Assembly (NCBI GenBank): GCA_038231455.1
Contig: JBBRLI010000011.1
Location: forward strand, 51,922 to 115,921
Origin: Vulcanimicrobiales bacterium
GTDB lineage: Bacteria > Vulcanimicrobiota > Vulcanimicrobiia > Vulcanimicrobiales > Vulcanimicrobiaceae
Direction: 5' to 3'
Length of the DNA: 64,000 bases
The position numbers and the translations under genes were made by a program. Under the pieces are notes generated by a model. The model ran no database searches, was not told where the DNA came from, and saw only the letters and a program-made list of their open reading frames with translations. Shown here piece by piece: positions 1 to 9,125 of the stretch. Positions within the stretch are counted from its first letter, which is position 1. The number at the start of each line of letters is the position of its first letter.

Positions 1-65
1 GCTTCGACGAGCAATTCTTGACCGGTCTGATCGCCTTCAAGAACGACGATGGTGGGCTTGGACAC
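1..65 (-). CDS. Isocitrate/isopropylmalate dehydrogenase family protein, N-terminus only (runs off the window)
   Basis: Minus-strand GTG at 65 after an AGGAG SD translates as MSKPTIVVLEGDQTGQELLVEA, which resembles the IVVLxGDGIGPE N-terminal motif of the IDH/IPMDH family. Confidence 0.7.
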   Translation of the reverse strand, partial: MSKPTIVVLEGDQTGQELLVE

Positions 66-177
66 GCGACTCCTAACATGCAGAGAGCAAACAATCTGGA
101 ATTCCGGCCCGCCTAAGGGAATCACTTCTGCCGCTTGGCGACAGGTGTTAATCCATGCGTCTGTAAGGTTTTAGGCC

Positions 178-2514
178 ATGGCACGCGTACGCCGTAAGGC
201 GACTGCGACGATGCGTCTGAATTTCGAGATCGCCGGAATCGCGGCCCTCGGTATCGCGATTCTTCTTGGTGTTGCGCTCGTGCTTCCGCCTGCGCGCTCG
301 GGACTTATCGGCGCGAATACTGCGGCCGGACTGCGTTTCTTGTTCGGTAGCGCCGCCGCATTATTTCCGGTCCTCATCGCAATCATCGGGGCGATCGTCT
401 TCCTCGAAATCAACGTGCCCAAGCTGATGGCCACCTGGGGTCTTGCGGCGCTCGGATATTTCATCGTCGTCGACGCGTTCTTCGGTAGGCACGGTGGATT
501 GCTCGGCTCGAGCGTTTCCGGCGGACTGCATACGCTGCTCGGCGATTTTGGGACGGCACTCTTGCTTGCTCTTCTCGCGCTCGGCATCACCGTGTGGATC
601 ACCAACGTCTCGGTCAAGAAAGTCATCGGCTGGTGCATCGCGCGAATCTCGGCCATGTGGCCGGCGCCGCGCGAGCGCGAAACAAAACCCGCTGCCGCAC
701 TTGCGCCCGGACCGAAAAACCTGCGCGAAGCGTTCAATCTTCCCGCCATACTGCCACGCGCACCGGCGCGCGCCGCAAGTGCGACCACCGCGGCTGCAGC
801 TCCGCTCGCATCGATGACGACCGCGCATGACGAATCGGTCGATGAGATCGAAGATGACGAGGACCTCGAAGATGATGAAGAACTCGATGACGAGGCGTAC
901 GACGATTACGATGAAGAGGATGAGGACGGCGAGATCGACGAGCCGTTCGTCATCCCCGCACCCGTTGTCGCGGTAGCTCCGGTGCGCGTCGCGGCTACCG
1001 CTGCGACGGCTGCGGCCGTCGCGGTGGTCGGCGAATACGAATCCGCTTCGAGCACGCGCGCCGGAGGCGTCGTGTATCGCTTGCCCGATCTTTCGCTCTT
1101 CGATCCGCCACAAGCGCAAAAAGTCGATGAGACCTCGCGCGCGAGCACGCTCGAAGACACGCTCGCCTCGTTCGGCGTCGGCGCCAAAGTACAGCACATC
1201 GAACGCGGTCCCTCGATTACGCGCTACGAACTCAAACCCGATCGCGGCGTAAAAATCTCGCGTATCTCATCGCTTGCCGACGATCTTGCACTTGCACTTG
1301 CGGCTACCTCGGTGCGCATCGAAGCGCCGATTCCCGGCAAGTCCGCCGTCGGCATCGAAGTCCCGAACGCGACCGTCTCGATCGTGGCAATCCGCGAGAT
1401 CTTCGATGCATTTCCGTCGCGCGGCACGATCCCGCCACTCAACATGGCGCTCGGCAAAGACATAACGGGCCGCCCCGTTTACGGCGATCTGGGGAAGATG
1501 CCGCATTTGCTCGTCGCCGGAGCGACCGGCAGCGGCAAGAGCGTTTGCCTCAATTCGATCATCGCATCGATCCTCGTCTCGGCGACACCCGATCAAGTGC
1601 AAATGCTCATGATCGATCCCAAACGCGTCGAGCTCACGGTCTATAACGGAATTCCGCATCTGATCGAACCCGTCATTACGGATGCGAAGATGGCAGCGGG
1701 CGCGCTCTTTCAGATGACCAAGGAAATGGACTCGCGATACGAGCGTTTCGCCAAAGCCGGCGTCCGCAAAATCGAAGAGTACAATGCGAAGTTCCCCGAC
1801 GAGCAGCTGCCATACGTCGTGATCGTGATCGACGAGCTTGCCGATCTGATGCTGATCGCACCGGCGAAAGTCGAGACGACGATCTGCCGTCTCGCGCAGC
1901 TCGCGCGCGCGACGGGTATCCATCTCATCGTTGCAACGCAGCGGCCGTCGGTCGACGTCATTACCGGCATCATTAAAGCGAACATTCCTTCGCGCATCGC
2001 CTTTGCCGTAAGCTCGCAAGTCGATTCGCGTACCATTCTCGACATGGGCGGCGCGGAACGCCTGCTCGGCCGCGGCGACATGCTCTTCTTACCCATCGAT
2101 GCGCCCAAACCCAAGCGCGCACAAGGCGCACTCGTCACGAGCGCAGAGATTTCGCGTTTGGTCGATTTCTGGGCCGCTCAAGCACGTCCGGATAACCTCA
2201 TCGAAGTCGAGATTACCCCGATCTCCGATGACGACGACAAAGGCTCGCGAAACGTCGATCCGCTTTGCTACGATGCAGCCAAGTTCATCATCGAGAGCAA
2301 CTTTGCATCGACGGCGCAATTGCAGTCGCACTTCTCGGTCGGCCACCCGCGGGCAGTTCGGATCATGAAGCAGCTCGAAGACTTCAAAGTGGTCGGGCCG
2401 CACGAAGGCACGAAGCCGCGCACGATCAAGCTGCGTATCGACGAACTCGAAGTGATCGCGTCGCGCTTAGGCAAGGACGACAGCCAACAAGACCTCTTCG
2501 CCGCCGGATCCTAG
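178..2514 (+). CDS. ftsK: DNA translocase FtsK/SpoIIIE
   Basis: N-terminal TM segments, acidic linker, Walker A GATGSGKS, MIDPK, IVIDELADLM, ATQRPSVDVITG, GAERLLGRGDML, C-terminal gamma domain. Confidence 0.97.
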   Translation: MARVRRKATATMRLNFEIAGIAALGIAILLGVALVLPPARSGLIGANTAAGLRFLFGSAAALFPVLIAIIGAIVFLEINVPKLMATWGLAALGYFIVVDAFFGRHGGLLGSSVSGGLHTLLGDFGTALLLALLALGITVWITNVSVKKVIGWCIARISAMWPAPRERETKPAAALAPGPKNLREAFNLPAILPRAPARAASATTAAAAPLASMTTAHDESVDEIEDDEDLEDDEELDDEAYDDYDEEDEDGEIDEPFVIPAPVVAVAPVRVAATAATAAAVAVVGEYESASSTRAGGVVYRLPDLSLFDPPQAQKVDETSRASTLEDTLASFGVGAKVQHIERGPSITRYELKPDRGVKISRISSLADDLALALAATSVRIEAPIPGKSAVGIEVPNATVSIVAIREIFDAFPSRGTIPPLNMALGKDITGRPVYGDLGKMPHLLVAGATGSGKSVCLNSIIASILVSATPDQVQMLMIDPKRVELTVYNGIPHLIEPVITDAKMAAGALFQMTKEMDSRYERFAKAGVRKIEEYNAKFPDEQLPYVVIVIDELADLMLIAPAKVETTICRLAQLARATGIHLIVATQRPSVDVITGIIKANIPSRIAFAVSSQVDSRTILDMGGAERLLGRGDMLFLPIDAPKPKRAQGALVTSAEISRLVDFWAAQARPDNLIEVEITPISDDDDKGSRNVDPLCYDAAKFIIESNFASTAQLQSHFSVGHPRAVRIMKQLEDFKVVGPHEGTKPRTIKLRIDELEVIASRLGKDDSQQDLFAAGS

Positions 2515-2517
2515 CGC

Positions 2518-3126
2518 GTGCGGGCCTCACTAGTCGTCGCGGTCCTCGCACTGCTGGGCTTCTTCATCCTCGGCTCTTCGGTTTCAGGAACGGACCCGTC
2601 GGCATTCGATCTTGCGACCGCGAGTTGGGTCGGCGTCGCGACGCCGCTCGCGTGGATCTTCACTGCATCGTGTCTCTTACCGACACTCAGCGTTATCGCC
2701 GTCCTTCTTATAAGTAGCGCCGTCACGTTTCCGGCTTGGCGCGGGCGCGTGATCTTCGCGCTCGTCGTAACACTTGCGAGCTGGCAGGCAAGCGATGTGT
2801 TCAAAGCACGCTTCGCACGACCGCGACCCGAGCACTGGGTGCGCATTCACGAAACGTCGTTCGCCTATTCGAGCGGACACGCGATGTTTGCCGTACTCGT
2901 TTACGGACTCTGGGCGTATTTTCTTTGGAAGAGCGATTTACCGCGCCCGATTCGCATCGTAGGATCGATCGTTCTGGTCGTGTGGGGATGCGGGGTGCTG
3001 TGGTCGCGCTTAGCCCTTGGCGCACACTATCCAACCGACTTGATCGGCGGCATATTGCTCGCGACGGCGGCGCTTGGCATCGGAAACGCCGTGGCAATCG
3101 CAATCGCGTCGCGGCGCACCGCCTAG
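2518..3126 (+). CDS. PAP2 family membrane phosphatase
   Basis: K-x4-RPRP, SSGH and SRLALGAHYPTD motifs; hydrophobic protein. Confidence 0.9.
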   Translation: MRASLVVAVLALLGFFILGSSVSGTDPSAFDLATASWVGVATPLAWIFTASCLLPTLSVIAVLLISSAVTFPAWRGRVIFALVVTLASWQASDVFKARFARPRPEHWVRIHETSFAYSSGHAMFAVLVYGLWAYFLWKSDLPRPIRIVGSIVLVVWGCGVLWSRLALGAHYPTDLIGGILLATAALGIGNAVAIAIASRRTA

Positions 3127-4529
3127 CTCGGCGTTTGTGTAACGAGCGTCGGCCGCTTCGTGTGGAAGTCGGTCGCCGCTTGGTACCGTTTGGCGATCGC
3201 CGTTAGGCGTGCTTCGCCAAACGCAACGCCGAGCAGCGCCATCCCCGTGGGCAAGCCGTTCTCTCCAAATCCGTTTGGCATCCCGATTGCCGGAAGCCCG
3301 CAGGCGTTGCCAGCGCCGATCAGACTCGGCCCACCTTCGACATTCGGATACGCGTTGTTAAAGGGGATCCCGACCGGCGGGGTTACCGTCGAGAGCGTCG
3401 GTGTGGCGACGCCGTCGAATTTGCCGAAGGCGTCGTTCACTTTTTTGATCATCATCGGGCGCCGGCGCTGCGCGTCGATATAGTCGACGGCAAGTGTCGC
3501 GTACGACGCATACCCGCCGAGATGGTCGCCCGTGTTTTGCAACATACGCGACTTTCCGCTTTCGATCAGATCGCGAAATGCTGCCGCCCCCTCAGCACTT
3601 ACGATCGTACCGACCGTCGCGCCGTACGGCGCATCGGGCAGCTCGACGTCCATCGTGATGTCGCAAAATTGCGCGAGCACTTTGAGCGATGCTTCGAAGT
3701 TGGCTTTCACTTCGGGCATTACGCCATGCGTCGCGTTCTTGAGCACGGCGACACGCGGTTTGCGCGACGGCGCGCGCAGCGGTCGATCGACGGCGGTCGG
3801 ATCGGCGGGATCGGCACCCGCAATCACACGCAGAATCGTCTCCGTATCGCGCGCGCTGCGCGCCATCGGGCCGATTTTATCGAGCGACCAACAGAGGGCC
3901 ATCGCGCCGTGGCGACTCACGCGGCCGTAGGTGGGGCGCAGCCCCGTGATGCCGCACGCCGTTGCCGGATTGAGAATTGATCCCGAGGTTTCCGTGCCGA
4001 TGCCAAAACCGACCAGGCCCGCGGCAACCGAAGCGCCGGTGCCACTCGAAGAACCGCCACTCCAGAATTTCGCATTCCATGGCGTGCGTCCGGGACCGGT
4101 GAATGATGCATCCGCATCGCTGTAGCCAAACCCGCCGGCAAGCTCCACCATCGCGAGTTTGGCAAGCAGAACGCCGCCGGCATCGGTAATCTTTTTCACG
4201 ACCGTCGCATCGAAATCGAAATGCTGATCGCGATACGGCGCCGAGCCCCAGGTCGTCGGCGCATCGGGCGTCGCGAGCAAATCTTTTACGCCGTACGGCA
4301 CGCCGTGCAGCGGCGAGCGAATCTTGCCGGCTTTGCGTTCCCGATCGGCGCGTTTTGCTTCTTTCATCGCGCGCTCGCGCAAGATCGTCACGACGGCGCC
4401 GTAGACGTGACCGTATGTCTCCAGGCGTTCGAGATACAGTTTTGTCAGGTCCACCGACGATACGCTTCCCGCGGTCATCAGTTTCTGTAAGGTGGTCGCG
4501 TCGCTAAAGGCGAGATCGTCGTTCGTCAT
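3123..4529 (-). CDS. Amidase signature family enzyme (GatA/AtzE-like)
   Basis: LHGVPYGVKD, GGSSSG and GTETSGS (Ser-cisSer-Lys triad); no signal peptide. Confidence 0.93.
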   Translation of the reverse strand: MTNDDLAFSDATTLQKLMTAGSVSSVDLTKLYLERLETYGHVYGAVVTILRERAMKEAKRADRERKAGKIRSPLHGVPYGVKDLLATPDAPTTWGSAPYRDQHFDFDATVVKKITDAGGVLLAKLAMVELAGGFGYSDADASFTGPGRTPWNAKFWSGGSSSGTGASVAAGLVGFGIGTETSGSILNPATACGITGLRPTYGRVSRHGAMALCWSLDKIGPMARSARDTETILRVIAGADPADPTAVDRPLRAPSRKPRVAVLKNATHGVMPEVKANFEASLKVLAQFCDITMDVELPDAPYGATVGTIVSAEGAAAFRDLIESGKSRMLQNTGDHLGGYASYATLAVDYIDAQRRRPMMIKKVNDAFGKFDGVATPTLSTVTPPVGIPFNNAYPNVEGGPSLIGAGNACGLPAIGMPNGFGENGLPTGMALLGVAFGEARLTAIAKRYQAATDFHTKRPTLVTQTPS

Positions 4530-4530
4530 C

Positions 4531-4875
4531 CTATTTCACGTCCGTGAAGGGAACGGTAAAACGCGTGATCGGCTCGTCGGCATTCTTGAGCAGCGTGCCT
4601 TTCGGATTGAGAAGGTTCCCAGCGCCACGCTTGCGGTCGATGCTTCGCGCGATCGTCTCGAGGTCGTCATCCGTGAGTGCGGCATCGAATCCACGAAACG
4701 TCAGCGCAACGGCTATGGCTTCCGCGGAGGGTTTCGGGGACGCCGACGAACTTGGGTGCGGAGAAGCAACGGCCGCGCTAGCTGGCACCGATTGCGCATC
4801 CGCAGATTTTCCGAGAACTGCCACACCCACTCCGCTCGCGGCCACCGCGGTCAAAAACGAACGCCGATTTTTCAT
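4531..4875 (-). CDS. Twin-arginine signal small protein, GatC/AtzG-like amidase partner
   Basis: MKNRRSFL Tat motif, AxA cleavage site (SADA), Pro/Ser linker, C-terminal LKNADEPITRF; ends 1 nt before the amidase ATG. Confidence 0.7.
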   Translation of the reverse strand: MKNRRSFLTAVAASGVGVAVLGKSADAQSVPASAAVASPHPSSSASPKPSAEAIAVALTFRGFDAALTDDDLETIARSIDRKRGAGNLLNPKGTLLKNADEPITRFTVPFTDVK

Positions 4876-4932
4876 CCGAGCCGAATGCGGGAGAGGTTCT
4901 CGACGCTCCTTCGTGCTGACGCTGTCGCGAAG

Positions 4933-5463
4933 CTAGCGTTTCGCGCTCGCGAAATAAGCAGCTACGTCGAGCATAAAGTCGGGGAGCGCGACATGAACGA
5001 GCACGTCGCCGATGGACCACGTAACCACCCCATCGAGAGACTCCGCGCGAATCGTTTCAGTCTTGGGATCAACGACGATGACGGCTTCCGCGCCAGCACG
5101 AAGATACGTTTCGACTTTATGCCGGACGTCGCGCGGGCGGTCGTCACGCGAGAGAATGTCGACCGCGATATTTGGCGTCGCAAGCGGTATCTGCGCCGCG
5201 TCCTCCTCGGCGGCGCCTAAACGGTCGTACGAAAGATACGCCACGTCCGGGACCAGCGGGCGGATACTCTCACCGGGAGGCGCAATTCGGAATCGCCACT
5301 CGATGCCCACGCGGCCGCGGTCCTCGGCCCAATCATTCAGCGCCACCCAAAATTGCGACTGGAGACGCGAATGGCGGTACGTCGGGCTCACTTTTTGCAG
5401 TGCCCGTCCGTTGACCCATTCGGTCTCCGGCTTGGTCTCGGGGAGCACGATTTCGGTCTGCAT
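4933..5463 (-). CDS. Uma2 family PD-(D/E)xK putative endonuclease
   Basis: EWVNG..SP...H, LVPDVAY, PNIAVDILS, KVETYLRAG, VVDP motifs. Confidence 0.9.
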   Translation of the reverse strand: MQTEIVLPETKPETEWVNGRALQKVSPTYRHSRLQSQFWVALNDWAEDRGRVGIEWRFRIAPPGESIRPLVPDVAYLSYDRLGAAEEDAAQIPLATPNIAVDILSRDDRPRDVRHKVETYLRAGAEAVIVVDPKTETIRAESLDGVVTWSIGDVLVHVALPDFMLDVAAYFASAKR

Positions 5464-5470
5464 GGAAAGT

Positions 5471-5506
5471 ACCTCACCTGAAGCGTATCACGCGTTCAGG
5501 TGAGGT
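5471..5506 (-). terminator. Strong hairpin between rnj and the Uma2 gene, containing the Uma2 SD
   Basis: ACCTCACCTGAA (5471-5482) / TTCAGGTGAGGT (5495-5506) perfect 12-bp inverted repeat with an inner GCGT/ACGC extension. Confidence 0.65.
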
Positions 5507-5523
5507 GGCTAGAGCGAGGTCGG

Positions 5524-7245
5524 CTAGACTTCCATTACGACAGGGATGACCATCGGCCGGCGGCGCGATTTCTCGAACACGGCCTTGGAGAGTCCGCTGC
5601 GGATGTGTTCTTTGACGGTGCCGACATCGCGGATGCCCTCAACCGAACACTGCGCGAGAATCGAGGTTAGCTTTGCCTTGAATTCTTCTTGCAGTTCGCT
5701 TGAATCCGGTAAGTAGAAAACGCCACGCGAGATGAGGTCGGGACCGGCAACGACGCGTGCTTCTTCCGCATCGACCGTTACGACGACCATCATGATGCCG
5801 TCTGCCGAGAGATGCTTACGATCGCGCAGAACGGCTTCGCCGACATCGCCGACGCCCGATCCATCGACCATCACATTGCCGCCATAGGTGCGCCCGACTT
5901 TGTCGGCCGTCGTCTCGGTGAACTGGATGATGTCGCCGTTTTCGATGACGAACACATTGTCGCCAGGAACGCCTGTCGTCGTTGCGAGCTTCCCGTGCGT
6001 GACGAGCATCCGATACTCGCCGTGAACGGGGATAAAGTATTCGGGCCGCACGAGGTTGAGCATGAGCAAGAGTTCTTCTTGCGATGCGTGGCCCGAAACG
6101 TGCGCGCTGCCGGCGGTTCCGGTGATGACCGTTGCGCCGAGGCGGTAGAGATTATTGATCGTCTTCGAGACGCTCTTTTCATTGCCGGGAATCGGCGTCG
6201 CCGAGATGACGACCGTATCGCCCGCATTAATGCGCAGCTTCTTATGATCGCGCACGGAGAGCCGCGTGAGCGCCGACATCGGCTCGCCTTGCGAGCCGGT
6301 CGTCATCACGACGACTTGTTCGGGCGGATAATCATCGACATCCTCGAGCTTGATCACCAGGCCCGCGGGGATATCGAGATAGCCGAGTTCCGTTGAGAAG
6401 TGCAGCACGTTCGAGAGCGAGCGCCCGAGGAAGGCGACTTTGCGGCCGAAGCGCTGCGCCTGATCCACGACTTGTTGGATGCGCGGCACGTTCGAGGCAA
6501 ACGACGTAACGATGATGCGGCCTTTGGCGCGCGCGAAGATATTCGCAAACGCATCGCCCACGGTGCGCTCCGAGAGCGTGTGGCCGGGACGTTCGGCGTT
6601 CGTCGAATCCGCGAGCATGCAGAGCACGCCTTCTTCACCGACGCGCGCGATCGCCGCGAAATCGGCGGGTTTACCGTCGATCGGCGTTTGATCGAATTTG
6701 AAATCGCCCGTATGGAAGACGACGCCCGATGGCGTGCGGATCGCAAGCGCGCACGCGCCCGCAAGCGAGTGATTGATGTGAATGAATTCGGTCTCGATCG
6801 CGCCGTACTTCACGCGGTCGCCCGGGTTGACCGTGACGAGATTCAACTCGCTCGGTTTGTGTTCGCGCATCTTTGCGCGAATGAGCGCAAGCGAGAGCGG
6901 CGTGCCGACGATCGGGACTTGAAACTCGCGTAGGAGGTACGGAATCCCGCCGATATGGTCTTCGTGGCCGTGCGTGACGAGCAGCGCGCGAAACTTGTCT
7001 TTACGTTCGCGCAGATACGAGAAGTCGTTAATAACGATGTCGACGCCGAACATCTCGTCATCGGGGAACATGAGGCCGCAGTCGACCACGACGATGTCGT
7101 CGTTCGTTTCGATGACCGTCATGTTGCGGCCGATTTCGCCACAGCCGCCGAGGGGGATGATTCGGAGGTACGGTTCTGCCGGGGGTTTGGGCACCACTAA
7201 GGTGTCCGCGTACGGTTGGCCGTTCTGGCCGCTACTGGATTGCAA
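5524..7245 (-). CDS. rnj: Ribonuclease J
   Basis: IIPLGGCGEIGRNM, THGHEDHIG, TGDFKFDQTP, TGSQGEP, HVSGHA, RRPMVIPVVMEV; TTG start. Confidence 0.96.
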   Translation of the reverse strand: MQSSSGQNGQPYADTLVVPKPPAEPYLRIIPLGGCGEIGRNMTVIETNDDIVVVDCGLMFPDDEMFGVDIVINDFSYLRERKDKFRALLVTHGHEDHIGGIPYLLREFQVPIVGTPLSLALIRAKMREHKPSELNLVTVNPGDRVKYGAIETEFIHINHSLAGACALAIRTPSGVVFHTGDFKFDQTPIDGKPADFAAIARVGEEGVLCMLADSTNAERPGHTLSERTVGDAFANIFARAKGRIIVTSFASNVPRIQQVVDQAQRFGRKVAFLGRSLSNVLHFSTELGYLDIPAGLVIKLEDVDDYPPEQVVVMTTGSQGEPMSALTRLSVRDHKKLRINAGDTVVISATPIPGNEKSVSKTINNLYRLGATVITGTAGSAHVSGHASQEELLLMLNLVRPEYFIPVHGEYRMLVTHGKLATTTGVPGDNVFVIENGDIIQFTETTADKVGRTYGGNVMVDGSGVGDVGEAVLRDRKHLSADGIMMVVVTVDAEEARVVAGPDLISRGVFYLPDSSELQEEFKAKLTSILAQCSVEGIRDVGTVKEHIRSGLSKAVFEKSRRRPMVIPVVMEV

Positions 7246-7292
7246 TGCTCGTCCCGTCTAGTCGTTCGCCTCGGCCGGCGTGATCGTTCAGC

Positions 7293-7601
7293 ATGCTGAC
7301 GATTGCCGCTCGTGCGACCCTGTGGTTGCTATTTTTGACGTTCTTCACGCCTGGAGCTGTCATTGCAGCTCAAAAATCTTTTGTGGCCTCGGACCGCCGG
7401 ATCGATAATCTCTACTCGGCACGGGCCAAACGCCGCCTTGCGACCTACCTGCGGTTGAAGTTCCTGGAGATGCGCAAAGTCGACCTCGACCGTGCGGCGC
7501 TGGTCGTCCAGCACCGGCTCGGAATCGAAAGCCTCTTCGTACCCGCGAACCCGGTCCCCCCGCGGAAGGATGCAAGGCCGGCCAAGCTGCCCGGCCAATG
7601 A
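7293..7601 (+). CDS. Hypothetical small protein with an N-terminal hydrophobic segment
   Basis: 102-aa ORF filling the gap, GC-rich third positions; its stop abuts the SD of the next gene. Confidence 0.55.
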   Translation: MLTIAARATLWLLFLTFFTPGAVIAAQKSFVASDRRIDNLYSARAKRRLATYLRLKFLEMRKVDLDRAALVVQHRLGIESLFVPANPVPPRKDARPAKLPGQ

Positions 7602-7608
7602 GGGGGCC

Positions 7609-8274
7609 GTGGCCTCCGCTCGATTCTCGCCCCAGATTCTCCTGAAGCTCATCGTCCAGCCGGTCGCGGCCCTCGATGAAATTCGCGAAAGTGCCCGCTG
7701 GGTTGAAGCCTACATCTTCACCGCCGCGTGCTCGTTCGCGGCATTCGTGCTCACGATCCCCGCCTCGAAGTATTATATGGCGACCATGCCAACAGGCGAT
7801 CTGAAAAATTCCACAGTCGGGTCGGCCAATATCGCCTTTGCTGCCGTCACGATCCTCTCGTTCGTCGGGCCGCCGATCCTCTGGGTCGTGCAGGCCGCCG
7901 TTCTCCAGATCGCGGTTCGGCTCGGACGAGGCGAAACGAGCCTCCGCCGCCTCTACGCGCTCGTTGCGAATGCCGGCGTTCCGGCGAGCATCGGAGCCTT
8001 GATCGTGGGCATCGGCGTTCACGCGCAGGATCCCGCAAAATTTCACTCGGCGCTCGACCTCACACTTTCGCTGCCGATTACGCTTGCCGCGCTCTTGCAC
8101 CGCACGCCGCAGGAGGCGCTATTTTTTAGCTCCTACGGCATTTTCAACATCTGGTCGTACGTGCTCGTCGCGATCGGCCTCGTACGCGGTGCGAAGCTCT
8201 CTCCGCTGGTCGCCGCACTTACGATGCTGGCAATTAGCTTAGGCGTCGCACTTGCGCGATCGCAGTTCAGTTAG
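7609..8274 (+). CDS. Yip1 domain membrane protein
   Basis: Multi-TM pattern with P...L..IR near the N-terminus and IFNIWS near the C-terminus; GTG start after AGGGGG. Confidence 0.75.
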   Translation: MASARFSPQILLKLIVQPVAALDEIRESARWVEAYIFTAACSFAAFVLTIPASKYYMATMPTGDLKNSTVGSANIAFAAVTILSFVGPPILWVVQAAVLQIAVRLGRGETSLRRLYALVANAGVPASIGALIVGIGVHAQDPAKFHSALDLTLSLPITLAALLHRTPQEALFFSSYGIFNIWSYVLVAIGLVRGAKLSPLVAALTMLAISLGVALARSQFS

Positions 8275-8295
8275 AAGAACGCGTATCGCATGAAG

Positions 8296-8321
8296 TGAAA
8301 CATTCCGTACCTCGCTCTGTA
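8296..8321 (+). promoter_or_regulatory. Putative ECF sigma promoter (SigW-like)
   Basis: TGAAAC-N16-TGTA upstream of the second Yip1 gene. Confidence 0.55.
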
Positions 8322-8359
8322 CCAACACGGCGAGCCTGCTTGGTTTAAGGAGTTACGGG

Positions 8360-9109
8360 ATGGTCTCGGAACCAATGACTGCACCTAAGGGCAATGGTCT
8401 TACGACGGCCCTCGATATTGTTGTATCACCGGCGGATGCGTTTGCCCGCCTGCGCGTCGTCCCCACGTGGGGTTATGCGTTTCTGATCGCTGCTGTGCTC
8501 GGCATGGTTGGCGGATTTCTTGGGTCCGCCGCAAGTGAACACGCGACGATTGCGAGCATACCGGCCGCGATGGCGAAAAATCCGGCGGCCGCGCAAATGA
8601 CCCCGGAAAAACGTCAAGCCTCGATCGACGCTCAGGTCGGAATCACGAAAGCCGTTTCGAAATTCAACTTCGCGTTCGTTCCGCTGATTCTGCTTGTGAG
8701 CGCACTCCTACAGAGTGTCTATCTCTTGATCTTCAATGCGATCGTGCGCGGAGAGGGCAACTTTAAAAAGTACTGGGCGCTTGCGATCAACATTTCGATT
8801 GTCGGGATTGGCCTGGGGACGCTCGTCTTGGGCGTCATCGAATTGATCCGCGGACCGGAAGCGTTCAACTCGCAAAGCGACTTGTTCAACGCGCTTCCAA
8901 GCCTTGCGTGGATCGTTCCCGGATCGACGGGCTTTCTTCACGGGTTTCTCGCCTCGTGCTCGGTCTTCGCATTGTGGGCAACCGGACTTTTCGCGATGGG
9001 CCTCATCGGAATGGCAAGAATTAAACCCGCCCAAGCCTATGTCGGAGCCGGACTTATGCTCGTGTTCGGCGCGGTCATCGGCGGCGTTTTTGCCAGTTTT
9101 CAAGGGTAA
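8360..9109 (+). CDS. Yip1 domain membrane protein (YknW-like)
   Basis: IVVSPADAFARLR..PTW motif, 5 TM segments, AAGGAG SD. Confidence 0.82.
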   Translation: MVSEPMTAPKGNGLTTALDIVVSPADAFARLRVVPTWGYAFLIAAVLGMVGGFLGSAASEHATIASIPAAMAKNPAAAQMTPEKRQASIDAQVGITKAVSKFNFAFVPLILLVSALLQSVYLLIFNAIVRGEGNFKKYWALAINISIVGIGLGTLVLGVIELIRGPEAFNSQSDLFNALPSLAWIVPGSTGFLHGFLASCSVFALWATGLFAMGLIGMARIKPAQAYVGAGLMLVFGAVIGGVFASFQG

Positions 9110-9125
9110 GCGAAAGGCACCAGCG

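Noticed and set aside
3123-4529. Calling the amidase gatA
   Set aside because: No gatB nearby, the partner has a Tat signal, and GatA-specific motifs such as DEFAMGS are absent.
4933-5463. Uma2 nuclease as part of a defence island
   Set aside because: A solitary gene among housekeeping genes, with no methylase, ATPase or antitoxin neighbour.
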